In this document: positions 1 to 13,195 of the stretch, one piece after another
How positions within the stretch are numbered: position 1 is the first letter of the stretch
Layout: each line of letters opens with the position of its first letter
Position numbers and translations under genes: made by a program
The notes under the pieces: generated by a model
The model's input: the letters and a program-made list of their open reading frames with translations, nothing else
Databases searched by the model: none
Told to the model about the DNA's origin: nothing
Source: Octopus bimaculoides
Lineage: Eukaryota
DNA: 63,692 bases
Reading direction: 5' to 3'
NCBI RefSeq assembly: GCF_001194135.2
Contig: NC_068995.1
Location: 10,734,578-10,798,269 of the forward strand

Positions 1-14
1 ATATATATATATAT

Positions 15-279
15 AATTTAGAGAAAACAACCATAGTTCATGAACTCATCCATGAAAATCCACAGTCACGTATAGAAAAAATTAATAAGTAAATACATGA
101 TAAATAAGTATAATAAAATACAAAGTAAAAATCATAAAATCATAATAACAATAATATTATGATTTTTACTTTGTATTTTATTATACTTATTTATCGTGTA
201 TTTACTTATTAACTTTTTCTATACGTGACTCTGGATTTTCATGGATGAGTTCATGAACTTCGGTTCTTTTCTCTAAATT
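15..279. mobile_element. Palindromic MITE/foldback element inside a (TA)n tract
   Basis: About 15-125 is the imperfect reverse complement of about 165-279 (aatttagagaaaa...gttcatgaactcatccatgaaaatcc vs ggattttcatggatgagttcatgaac...ttttctctaaatt); TA flanks. Confidence 0.8.
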
Positions 280-1590
280 ATATATCTATATATTATTATA
301 TATTATATACTGTGAAACTTAATTTAATTTCAAGGTTTGATAAATTGAATTTAATTGGGTTTTTACCTGTAAATTTGGATTTTTATCCCTAATATTATTA
401 TTATATATATATGTAACGGTTAGTTCTTTGTTGCATTCGAGGGTCACCAATTGTAATGGTTAGTACTTTAAAGAAATTTTATTTATCATTACTTTGCATA
501 TATCCAAAACCACGATGGGTTGGTATGTATAACTAGTAAATGGAAAAGCATGCGAGGTAAAAAGAGTTAATTTCGGCCGGTATGTGTGTACATGATCTCA
601 TCACAGTATATATAGAGAGATATGGTAATGTTACAGAGAAAAGAAAGTGAGGGTGGTGAGATGAAACAACTGCTTTGTTGGTGAGTTACCATAGTTGTCC
701 CTTTGTGCCTTTCTCTTTAGAGACAGCATTTTGTTCAGCCGGTCAGCCAGACTTGGTTTTCACCAATTGACTTTGGCTTACAGAGTTCTTGCTTTTATAA
801 CTATCCAAAACCAGCCAGAAGGATAGACATATTTTTGAGAACAATAGATTTTGTTGGCGGTCTGTTATCTCTCTTCTATCTTTTGGTGGGTTAGAAAGGT
901 TAAGTGGCGAAGGCATCTGGCAAATGTAACTGCTGTCACTCACAGAAAGAACTATTGTTTTACCGTGAGAAAAGTAATGTTGAACGGTTAAGTGAAATTT
1001 GGCGAAAGGGGATCGAATCCATGCTATGCCTGCATGAAGCCACTATATATATATATATATATAAGGAGCTTGTGTTACATAAATATTTTCAGTATTAAAT
1101 AAAAAGACAACAAACAGAAAATTTGACATACCTCTATGTACATAACATGAAATAAAAAAAAAACGTAGTAAATAAACAAATGAACATATACTAAATACAC
1201 AGGTGAATAGAAAGCACAGAAGGTCACCAACTTCTCACCAGAGAGGTTGAATGCAATTTCAACCATTATCTATAAGATTGCTTCCAGTCTGGAGGCACCA
1301 GCAAGAAACTTGCTGGGAATGGGATCAAAACAACAAAATGAAACTGTTAGTGGGTGGACAAGGGGCAAAACAATAACTAGAATAAAGGCTTAGAGCCAGA
1401 TGAAGACAACAATTAATAATAAAAGATTAACAATACATATACAACAAAAGAACCCTTAGGGCTGCAAGACAGACAAAAGTGGGTTACATGAAAGAGAAAT
1501 GAAACCTGTCTTAAAGGACTATATACACGAGAAGGGTGCGGGCTTTCTGTTCGCCTGTGTATTTAGTATATGCTCGTTTGTTGATTTACT

Positions 1591-1640
<50 letters not shown>

Positions 1641-1800
1641 TAATTATAATTATAATTAAGGGTATCTAAGAGATANNNNNNNNNNATCTCTTAGATACCC
1701 TTACTTATAATTTTAATAATGATTATTACATTTTGAGGTTTTTATTCCCTGCTGGCCATTTGATAAGATTGGTATTTTAAATAACGATCTTATCCTTATT

Positions 1801-1832
<32 letters not shown>

Positions 1833-1836
<4 letters not shown>

Positions 1837-2257
1837 CTCTTTTACTTGTTTCAGTCATTTGACTGTGGCCATGCTGGAGCACAGCCTTTTAGTCGAGCAA
1901 ATCGACCCCAGGACTTATTCTTTGGAAGCTCAGTACTTATTCTATTGGTCTATTTTGCCGAACTGCTAAGTTATGGGGACATAAACACGCCAGCATCGGT
2001 TGTCAAGCGATGTTGGGGGCACAAACACAGACACATATATATGTAGATATATACGACGGGCTTCTTTCAGTTTCCGTCTACCAAATCCACTCACAAGGCT
2101 TTGGTCGGCCCGAGGCTATAGTAGAAGACACTTGCCCAAGATGCCACGCANNNNNNNNNNAAGGCTTTGGTCGGCCCGAGGCTATAGTAGAAGACACTTG
2201 CCCAAGATGCCACGCAGTGGGACTGAACCCGGGACCATGTGGTTGGTAAGCAAGCTA
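1833..2257 (-). mobile_element. SINE family A (tRNA-like head, CCTTGGGCAAG core, internal CA/TA microsatellite, gactgaaacaagtaaaagagta tail)
   Basis: Many copies in the window. Near-full at about 34485-34882(-), 36805-37225(-), 39105-39495(-), 39530-39900(+), 46663-47100(+), 48880-49295(+), 58945-59333(-). Fragments at about 2706, 4613, 6545, 15865, 18955, 25925, 26330, 28300, 29401, 31850, 36616, 41340, 45880, 55420, 58600, 62330, 63030. These explain the recurring [21 protein letters not shown]-type ORFs. Confidence 0.9.
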
Positions 2258-3160
2258 ATATATATATGGTGTTAATTCTTTTGTTGGGCAAGGAAGCTGT
2301 ACACCTGGTAGGGGATGGGTCAAATTTGGAATCATTATAAAGTTAACACATTTAATGCAACGAGTTTCAAGTAGCTAACTACACACACACACACACACAC
2401 AAAAGAAAAAAGTTATCTCCCCTTCCAGAACTCTATGTTAATTGCTGCATCTTGTCATTTCCTCCCAGAACTGTAACCTTGAAGAATTCTTCCTATCCTG
2501 TCCATGCTAATAGGAGTATTTGTTTAACCTTTCAGTTAGATGAACCACAATTAAGCAGAACTACAAAAGGTCTTCCAGCCTTGACCATTCTGTAGATTTG
2601 TTTTGGATATAGTGTATTTTTGACTATATCTTCCAATGTATCTCTTTTATTTTCTTTTTTTAAAAAACACAACTTGTGATTTGAGGGTGATTCAACTACT
2701 ATTTAGGTGCAGGCATGACTGTAAGATGAAGAAGTTTGCTTCCCAACCACTTCATTTTGGGTTCAGTCTCACTGAGTAGCACTTTGGGTAAACGTCTTCT
2801 ACTATAGGCCTGGGCCATCAAAACCTTATAAATGAATTTGGTAGAAGGAAACTGAAAGAAGCTTATATATGTCTGTGTGAGTGTGTGCATGTTTGTTTTG
2901 CATTTCCTTGTTTTGGCTTCATATGATAGTTTTAAACGAATGCCTCTATCACACAAGCATGTCTAGTCATGTGGGAAATATTGTTCAACTAAGAAAAAGG
3001 TGAAGGTTGGTGACAAGAACAGCATCTAACTGTAGAAAATCTGCCTCAACAAATTCCATCCGATCCATGCAAGCATGGAAAAGCGGATGTAATGATGTTG
3101 ATGATGTATTTATGACTATATTATCCAATGTGTCCTTTTGTTTACAGATTTGTCCGGAAG

Positions 3161-3450
3161 TGGGGTGTACTTCCGGACAAATCTGTAAAAGATTATCTAA
3201 TCATTATAGCAAGCACTAGTCTTAGTAAATTCATTTGGGAACTGAAAGAACAAAAAAAGCAATATTCGTTAGAATGGTCGGTCATCGGGAGGTCATTCCC
3301 GCACAACAAGGGTAGGAGATATTGTTCGCTATGTAATTTAGAACTATATTTCATATTATTCTCTAAGGGTAAGTTGATAAGTAAACTAACAAATAATGCT
3401 CTAAGATGTACACATTTTCCAAGACACACATTTCTCTGGTTTAAATAAAT
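3161..3450 (+). mobile_element. Penelope-like element, GIY-YIG endonuclease C-terminal fragment
   Basis: VGCTSGQICKRLSNH (frameshift) STSLSKFIWELKEQKKQYSLEWSVIGRSFPHNKGRRYCSLCNLELYFI matches the Penelope EN tail pattern. Confidence 0.8.
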
Positions 3451-3839
3451 TGCAATATGACCAGGTATTATAGTACATTATAGGCAGGCCATATCAATGT
3501 ATAATTTACCAATAGCAGTTGTGGTTTTTGCAAAAGCTTCTAGAGATAATATAGTATAGATTTCCATTGTAATAGAGGATTGTTTATAATTTATTAATGA
3601 TATTATTAATAATATTATGAGGGGTTGTCTCCCCTTAACGGACCTTTATTCAAGGAGGAATTTATTTAACGAGTTATTTAAGGACAAATTTGAATATGGA
3701 CTGGACTTAGAGACGATGATTTGGTATTTATCTTTTGTTCTTAAACTTTTTTTTGCCCTGAAGACGTGTAAGGTAATTTATATGTTTGACTTAAATTTGA
3801 CAGTCAAATATTGCCTTATACAGAAATGTTGACATAGGA

Positions 3840-4600
3840 ATAAATTTCAATAATAATGGATATTAGCATCAAAACTCTCTTTTATATATATATTTGTATA
3901 TATGTGGGGGTGGATCATTCTGTATTGCTCCACTTGATGGTGTGTGGATTATTCTTGGCCTTCAAATCCCAGATGTGGCTAGTCCACTTAATGGTTCTCT
4001 TCTTGTCTACATGCTAGGAAGAAGACCTATGGTTGGCATATCTTTTTTTAAAAAATTTACTTTCACATAAACCAACATAATTTTTCTTTCAAGTTTCGTT
4101 ATTTTAAAAAAAATTGATGTTTGAGCAGGGAAGTATCTGGGTTTCTACAGTTACATTTTGGAGTAAACACCTGATGTGATTTATGTGGAATACTGTTTCC
4201 CATGTTGCGGGTGTGGCTATAAAAGACTTTCACTGAATAGCTGTTAAAATTGTTCTTATACCTATGGCTATCTGGAAAGTGTTCATTGATCAAGGCAAGG
4301 TATTTTCTACCTACATTTGTCTTAACATTCAAACAGAAAGGAAATGGGTGAACCATATAATCTATGTAGGTTTTAGGCTTTATACTTTTTATGGTAGGAG
4401 TATAAGCTATCTTCTCTTTGAAGTCACTGTTAGCCAGGATGTTATTATAGTAGAGGGCTGCCTCATCAAATATCTTCTTTGGGGAGGAAAGTTTGAATAC
4501 CCTATTAGTAATGTAAGCTATAAGGATTTTAAAGACTGTAGGAGGGCGGCGATAACATTGTGTACATCAGTTTTTCGTTAGGTTTATGGAAATGTTCAAT
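3840..4600 (-). mobile_element. Penelope-like element remnant (RT thumb, linker, GIY-YIG), decayed
   Basis: SSPKKIFDEAALYYNNIL..., PFCLNVKTNVGRKYLALINEHFP...CNCRN, YVGLCESKFFKKRYANHRSS...HIWDLKAKNNPHTIKWS; stops and frameshifts. Confidence 0.82.
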
Positions 4601-5103
4601 ATAACCTAATAATCCAGTGGTTGTGCGGTAATAAGTTTGCTTCCTAACCATGTGATTTTAGGTTGAGTCCCATGGCATAGCGCATTGGGCAAGTGTCTTC
4701 AACTGTAGACTCAGGCTGATCAAATCCTGGAGATTGGATTTGGTAGACAGAAACATATGGTTGTGATGCATGTGCCTGGTGTACACTTATCAGATGGGTA
4801 GTCATGATGGGTGTACTAGACTTCACATATTTGCTCCTCAGTGTCACTTTGCTGGCATACACTGCTATATCACTCAATAATAATAATCCTTTCTACTATA
4901 AGCACAAGGCCTGAAATTTTGGGGGAGGGGACCAGTCGATTAGATCGACCCCAGTATGCAACTGGTACTTAATTTATTGAACCTGAAATCATGTAAAGCA
5001 AAGTTGACCTCAGCAGAATTTGAACTCAGAAGGTAAAGACAGACAAAATACTGCTGAGCATTTCGCCTGGCATGCTAACGTTTCTGCCAGCTCACCGCCT
5101 TGC

Positions 5104-5138
<35 letters not shown>

Positions 5139-5337
5139 GTAAGGCCTTACTACATTGCTGTGCTTGTTTTGTTAATATACATGGATGAAAAAAATTTTAG
5201 CAAACTAAGATGTGTTATACAAACGCCTAAGTTAAATTTTGATGTGTGGCAGAACCTTTATTGTACATGAAATCCAAACACAAAAAAAAAAAATATAAAT
5301 GAAATAAAAAAGAAAGAAACTAGAGGAGTGTACATAC

Positions 5338-5513
5338 CTTTGTAGAGAGTAGTCGTGTCAGGAATATTTCCGAGATCATTTTCATGCTATCATCTTTCAC
5401 CTGGACATCATCATTCAATTTAACTAAGTGCCATATTTTGGTACCTGAATCACTGTCTATTCGCATAATTGGTACTGATGAGCTGTCTGAGGATATAGAA
5501 TTATCCAAATTAC
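5338..5513 (-). CDS. Plexin e26: linker/GAP segment 2 start ([10 protein letters not shown]...WHLVK...[14 protein letters not shown])
   Basis: ttcttcatag acceptor, gtatgt donor, 176 nt, phase 1 to 0. Confidence 0.97.
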
Positions 5514-7461
5514 CTATGAAGAAAATTGAATAGAAAAAAAAATCGAAAAAATCTCTAAATTGTTGGATGTAAATGTATATTTGTATAATTTTTTTTTGTT
5601 TGTTTTACATCCAATTTTCCATGCTTGAATTATAGGGATAATTTGTAGCTTATATTTGTAGCTTATATTTTTTATGGGTTTTCTTTATATATAAGTGTGT
5701 GTGTGTGTGTGTGTGTGTGTATAAAGATATGAATGCTGATCTCAATCTGCTAACTGTTGCAAAGGATATGACAAAGGACTAAGAAGACCTGCCCACCCAT
5801 GTAACAAGCGCTAGTGCTGGTGCCAGGTAAAAAAAAAAAAGCACCAATACAAACTGTAAAGTGGTTGGTATTAGGAAGGGATTCCATTTGTTGAAACCAT
5901 GCCAAAACAGACATTTGGAGCCTGGTGCAGCTATATACATATATACACACACACACACACTCATATATATAATAGTGAAAGTGTGTCGCTTAGGTGTTGG
6001 GGTGTTCAGCTCATGGTCATAAGGTCAGAAGTTCAATTCCTGGCTGCATGGAGCAAGACACTTTATTTCACATTGCTGCAGTCCACTCAGCTCACAAAAA
6101 TGAGTAGTACCTGTATTGAAAGGGCCAGCCTTGTCACCCTCTGTGTCACGCTGAATTTCCCTGAGAACTACGTTAAGGGTACACGTGTCAGTGGAGTACT
6201 CAGTCACTTGCACGTTAATTTGACAAGCAAGTTGTTCCTTTGATCAGTTTAACTGGAACATTCATTATAAGCAAGGGAGTGCCAAATATATATATATACT
6301 ATCTTTTTCTCTCACTCTCTCTCTCTCTCCCACACACACACACACACACACACACACGTATACATATGCTGATTAATGCTGAATGAATGAGAAGGAAATG
6401 CTCAACATATTGTAGAGGATATGGAGGATATCAAAATTGAAGCTACATATATAATAAGAGGAGACTTCATGTTTATTGCATCGTTTACAATTGTTTCAAC
6501 AACTTGCAGTGACCAATCCCACATCATGTCTTTGGGCAACAATTTAGTCATGCACATGGTTGCTTCCCAAACCAGATGGTTTCAAGTTCAGTTCCACTGC
6601 ACAGCACCTTGCGCAAATATCTACTATAGCCCAAGGTCGACTAAAGCCCTGTGAGTGGATCTGGTTGATCGAACTTGAAAGAAACCCATCATGTATATGT
6701 GTGTGTGTGTGTGTGTGTTTTGTGTTACTGTCTCCTTGACTTGATATTATATATCTGATCATGGAGAAATATTATCTTGCCTGGGAACAGGTGAGGGTTA
6801 GTGACAGGAAGGTGTCCTTGCTAACAATGCAAATTTTGAAGATGTATAATTCTCCATTGTTCTTTGTCTTGTCTATACACTCAGTATACGGTATGAAATC
6901 CAATGAAGCAGTCTCAGGATTTATCTGTTGAGTGAAGTACTGTTATTATATACCTTAAACAATTCTGTATGTTCCCCATCATTTGATATGGTTAGTCAGA
7001 TCTGGATTATTTCAGAGTGCTATATAGAAAGGGTAAAGACCCCCATCAATGACCATGGGATTGCACCTATAAAGTTCCCCTTCAAGGCATAGGTCTGGGC
7101 AAAATTGTTTATGGAAGACCAGCAGTCGCCCATGCGTACCAGTCTCCCCTCTCCATGCCGCTGATGTTATCCAAGGGAAAGGCAAAGGCCGATTCAGGTT
7201 GGCACCAGTGATGTCACAACTCATTTCTGCAGCTGAGTGAAATGGAGCAACATGAAATAAAGTGCCTTGCTCAAGAACACAACACAAAGCCCAGTCCAGG
7301 AATTGAACTCACTACCTCACGATTGTGAGCCTGATGCTCTAACCATGGAACCATGCACTTATATATATACACTACTCAATGCTTTTCCTACAGTTAACCA
7401 CTCATTATAATGTGAGTGAAAATGTTAGGGTGATGTGATGGAACTTGCTTTTGTTGTAGTT

Positions 7462-7496
<35 letters not shown>

Positions 7497-10400
7497 TGTT
7501 GTTATTCGTTCATGAGGAAGGAAGCGTATTACAAGACACTTGTTCTTGATGTTGTCGTTGTGGATCATCCCCATCTTTTTACCTTTTAGTTATTCAACAC
7601 TGTGTATCAAGGACTACATTACCCAATGTGTATATCCTTTTGTTAGAATAGCTGGATCATTTTACTGCTATTTCTAGCAATTCAAGTCACTAAATAGTTG
7701 CTCCTTTGTCAGTTATTTTTTTTGTTTGTTCAGCAAAGGAATATAATCCTGTCAATTATTTTAGAGGTTAAATGGACTGAGTTTATGAAAAGTAAGCAAT
7801 ATGTTGATGTGTAATTCAAGTTGTATTGGATAATTTATGAAATTTGGGAGATGGCTAGAGAGAAATGTGTGGAGCTTTGTGATATGTGTAGTGTTAACCC
7901 ACATAGAAGGAAAACCACAAGTGGACTAATTTAATTCAGAGTACAATTTTAACCCACATAAAAGGAAATCATGTGAGTGAATTTTAATTGTTATACGAGC
8001 AATTTTGTTCTCTATAATTGTGGAAGTGCAGAAGTAGGCCAAAGAAATGGCCACTTATTTAAGAGTATAATATATGATATGATAGGAGTGAAGATAGCTA
8101 GCTCAGTGGTATGGTGCATGCGGTGTAACCTGGTGGGTTGGAAAAGTATCATTCGTTGATAGGGGGAGATAACTCAAAGGAATAGGAGGAATAAAAGAAA
8201 GATGGGGAAAGAAGTGGTGAGATTAGATCTGAGAATTGCGGGCTTCAAAGTTGAAATGAAAGAGAATTGAGAGACTTGGTGGTGATATTGGCAGTCCCAT
8301 CTAACCCATGCCAGCATGAAAAATCAGATGTTAAAACAACAATAATGGTGATGATGATGATGACAATTGTGATGATAATAATGTTGATGGTAACACTGAA
8401 AATCATATTTTTGATGATGACAAGTGATGATAATGAATGACAATAATTAAGATAATGATGACTGGATGATGACAACAACGATCACAATGATGACAGCTAC
8501 AATGACGATGGCAATGATGACAATCACAGTAATCTTAAGGACAACAACGAAGAATATGAAGATTTACGATAATGACAACAACTATGACGATAAATAAATG
8601 AAATTATTATTCCAGAAGACAGAAAACTAATTACAATTTAACAGGCATTAACTAGATTGACAACAGAGAGAATTACAACAGATAAACACTACACGACTAA
8701 TAACATGAAGACATGAAAACTATTGGATCGCTTAGTGTAAATCTGACATGATGACTAAATCATAACACAGGAATATCTCAACTTAACAATCCCATTGATT
8801 CCTATCATTAAACAAGAGTTAAATTCATATAGAAATAATGGTATAAATGGTTGTTAGGCTCTAGAATAGAGTTCTTCAACCATTTTCGTAACCATGGATC
8901 CCTCTGGTTCCTAACTTTACTGAGATGGATTTTCTTTAAAATTGAATGGCTATCATATTTTTATAACTAAACATTGTTACAAATTGTATAAAACTGGTGC
9001 ACCTCCACCTCCATTTTAAATGTCTCATCCTTAAATGAATAAACTATTCTGCTTTTAGACCCAAACTTCTGAGTTCTTTTATAGAACTTAGAAAAACTGA
9101 AGGGCTGCTGCAGTAAGTGTGTGAATCTGAGAGGGGAATATGTTGAATAAAATCATAATTAACTAATCCTTCTGTATTTTCATTTACCCAAAACCAAGAA
9201 CTTTTCAACACCCCTCGTAAAAAAACTGTCTGAGATCTTTCACAGGGCTTAGTAAATCTGATAGTGGACCTTGGCACAGTCCTCTGCTTTGCCAGCTCCT
9301 TGTCAAATCATCCAACCCATACCAGCATGCGAAGCAGATACTGATGATGATGATGAAGAATAATCCTGATCAAAAGGGTGAATTAATTCGAAAGTGTTAA
9401 GAATAAAGAGTAGCAGAGAGAATGTTAGTACAGCACAGATTCTCACAACGTCAACATGCGAACCAAGTGAATGAACAAAGACTCGTGTGAATGCATTATT
9501 GTCGTGTGATGTTTTGTAATTAAGCTTTTAAAGCAACTGTTATGACCGTTCAACATTTATTTTGTATAGGTAGCCATATTAAGGTTTTATTTTTATAGTG
9601 AAGGCATGCGATTTAATGGTTATGGTATTCAGCTCTTGATCATAAGGCTGTGAGTTCAATACCCGGCAGTGGTCTTGAGCAAGTCACTTTATTTCTCATT
9701 GTTCCTGTTCACTCAGCTGGCAAAAAAATGAGTTGTACTTGTATTTCAAAGGGAAGGGTCAGCCTTGTCACACTCTGTGTCATGCTGAATATCCCTGAAA
9801 GCTATGCTAAAGGTAGATTTGTCTGTGGAGTACTCAACCACTTGCATGTTAATTTCACAAGCAAGCTGTTTGGTCGATCAGATCAACTGGAACCCATGAC
9901 ATCATAACTGACAGTGCCAATTTTTTTATTATAAAATTCGTAAAAAAAATACCTTCAACCCTTTTGCTATCAACTCATCTGAAAGTGCACCTTGATCTAT
10001 GACACAAACATCTCGCTTTAAAGCAGCAGTAGTAGTAGTGGTAGTAGTAGTAGGAGCAGCAGCATGGGGGTATGCACTGTAACAGTTTATCACTGCATCC
10101 ACCATTTGTTGGTAATTCCATTCTATTCCGGTCATATGATGCCACTGCACCCCTCAGGTGACAACCCTCCAACCCATGGGTCTGTCTGGGTAGTCGTTGC
10201 TGGTGAAGGATTTTTGAGATAGGAGAGCAAATCCTTTTATGACACAAATAGTAATCAAAGGGATCCATAGGTAAAAAAATTGGTTGAGAACCCCTGAACC
10301 CATACCAGCATGAAAAACGGACGTTAAACTTTGATGTTTTCTTTCTTACCAAAATGAATTAAAGGCTGTGAATTTCAATAGGAATATAGTGACAAAGGGA

Positions 10401-13148
10401 TTAATCCTTTTGTGTTCAGATCATTCTGTCAAATGTAATGCTTTTTTTATTCAAATTGTTTTGAATTAATCCTGTATTATCTTAAAGCTTTGAGGTTTTG
10501 ATGATGTGATTTTTTTAATTTTTAGAATGTCTGTGTAGAATAGGTGTGAGAGGTTTTGTATGGCCAGTTTGAATGTAAAACATGTTGAATATTGGGGCCA
10601 GATATGGCTGGTTTAAATGCTAAGGAGTAAAGTAGGGAGCTTCTTTAAGCAGGAGGTTGCTAATCAAGGTATTACCATAACATTGAATAATTCTTGTTTT
10701 TTTTTTTTTAGCTAAAGACATGCTAGAATAACAGAATAACACATTAAAACATTAAACAAAACACAACAACAAAAACAACGAAATCTCAAAAACAAAAATA
10801 AAAATTTTCGTGGGACAGTTTTTGATTGAAAATTCTTTAGAAATTCTGTTGTCTTACCATTTATTGTTTTAATCGATTGCTGCCTTCTGACAAGTGCAAC
10901 GTTATCACCATCACTAACTTTATAATGAGAAAGAGTATTTAGTTTCCTCCAGCCATCTTTATAGAGAGTAGTGCTGTCTTCATCTTGCAGAGTAACATGG
11001 GAGTTAATATCCTGGTACCATTCTGAAAGACAAACAAAAACGAGCGTCAAAATAGAATGTTGTTGTTATTATTATTAATATTAATAATAATAATAATAAT
11101 AAGAGTAATGGTCTAATGGTTAGGATATTGCAGTCATGATTGCAAAGTCGTAGTTTCAGTTCCTAGACTGGGTGGTGTGTTGTGTTCTTGAGCAAAACAT
11201 TTCATCTCACATCGCTCTGCAATCACTTTGACACCTGATGCATGGCACACCTGTGTGCACCTGTTCAGGTAATGTTGATTTAATGGATCGAGTGAGGCTA
11301 ATGTACAGCATATACATTTGATCACTATAAACAAATGATTTGTGCAGATCATTTGGCAAAAGCTGAACACTTGTACATCATCTTCAACAGGAGAGACCAC
11401 CATTATTATTATTATTATTATTATGTTTGACTTTTGCTTTACATTTGTACAAATTGGCTCCAAGTCTCACTCAGAGACCTCAAGAGACCACAAGTTATAA
11501 GTTCATGTTGGTGTTATGCCTAGGGTGCCATATATTTGGTTTTGCACATAGTATTGTTCTAGAGCATGTTTAAGAAAACATAAGAAAATTATGTGATTGT
11601 TTTAAAATTTGAAATTACATAGACAGTATTTTACATAAGATATGGGCAGTTCCCATGAGCACGATCTTTTGAATTTCTGCCATTTTGGAGTTTCCTGTTG
11701 CCTGAGCTAGGTAGGAGTATAATGATAACCCCTTTTGCTATTATTCCTAGGTCATTGTTTTAGTCTTGAAGTTCCACATTTTGCCATTTTCTTTTTCAAG
11801 ATCTTTATACTTGCTCAGTTTTTGGTAGGTCTTGACAGATACGTTTATATCAATTGGGACAGTCATATCAATGAGGAGGCATAATCTTTGTCTGAAGTCT
11901 TTCAATATAATATCTGGCCTATTTGCATCTATCTTTCTGTCAGTTTGAATGGTGAAGCTCCAGAGGAGTGAGATGTGATCATTTATTATTATTATCATCA
12001 TCATCATAATAATTATTATTGTGTGAGAGCAGCACATGCCATCAAAATGACACTGGGGTACAAATATACAGAGCCCAATATGTCTACCAGGATTATTTGT
12101 CTGATAAGTGTACACCAGGCTGATGTAGCACAACCATATGTGATATTATGGGGGATGTAAATAAATGCTGGTTGTCAAGTGGTGGTGGGAGGCAAACATG
12201 GATATAAACACACACACATTTATAGCTGCAAGTTACATTACTTACCGAGATCCAGGTCATGGACAGGGGGTCTTTGGGAATAGGAAGTGTTCTTATAGAG
12301 AGCTTCGACCATTTTCTCTTTAGCTTGAGTGATTGTATCACAATCTAGTACTTTACACTGTATAATTTCTCTAGAATGTTCTACTGAAAGACTCTGAAAA
12401 AAACAACAAACAACAGAAAACAACTATATATTCCTTTCTAGTTTTGGCACAAAATCAGCAATTTTAAGGGCAGAACATAGATACTTACATTAACCCCAGT
12501 TCACAAGGAAAAATGATAGGATTTGAGACAAATTCAATCAAATGCATCCTAAATTTGTCACAAATCCCATTATTCTTCCTTAGATGCCTGATGAGATGGG
12601 TTCGTCTTATATGCCCATGTACTTAAAGTCATACAGAACAAAGTCAAACTGTTATATATGTAACTCCTATCAAAGCAGTAAACAGGCAGAATTGTTGTAC
12701 TTATTTTATCAATGCTGAAAAGATGAGAGGTAATGTCAATCTTGGCAGTAATCTTAGAACTAACAACAGCTAAATATTAAAGAAACAAAAACGAAACCCA
12801 AACTAACTTACCAATGTCTTCGGCTCTATTTTCTCTCTTAATAATCTATCTTCCGATAACGAATATCTTGCATCACCAGTAACAAAATCCACTGGACCTT
12901 TCTCTACTTGGAGCTTTATAGCTTTGTATAATTTGAATAAAGCTGGGCCAGCGTGTTCCTATAACAAACAAAATATAATACCAACATATCAACATCAATT
13001 TAATCATTCTCATTATCAACATAGTTTTATACATATATATACATATATATACATATATATACATATATATACATATATATATATACATATATATACATAT
13101 ATATATATACATATATATATATACATATATATATACATATATATATAC

Positions 13149-13195
<47 letters not shown>

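Noticed and set aside
1-5337. Next plexin exon (expected GTLQ..VDD.F)
   Set aside because: No such motif or suitable splice pair found by eye; probably beyond the window
9929-10150. Minus-strand 73-aa ORF with a Thr run as a cassette exon between e25 and e26
   Set aside because: It would need phase 1 at both ends. The only plausible donor (AAG|GTATTT) is phase 0, the Thr run is an (ACT)n microsatellite, and there is no plexin similarity.
12587-12640. Hammerhead candidate CTGATGAG-ATGGG...CCCAT
   Set aside because: Stem II is present but the GAAA core and stem III are missing
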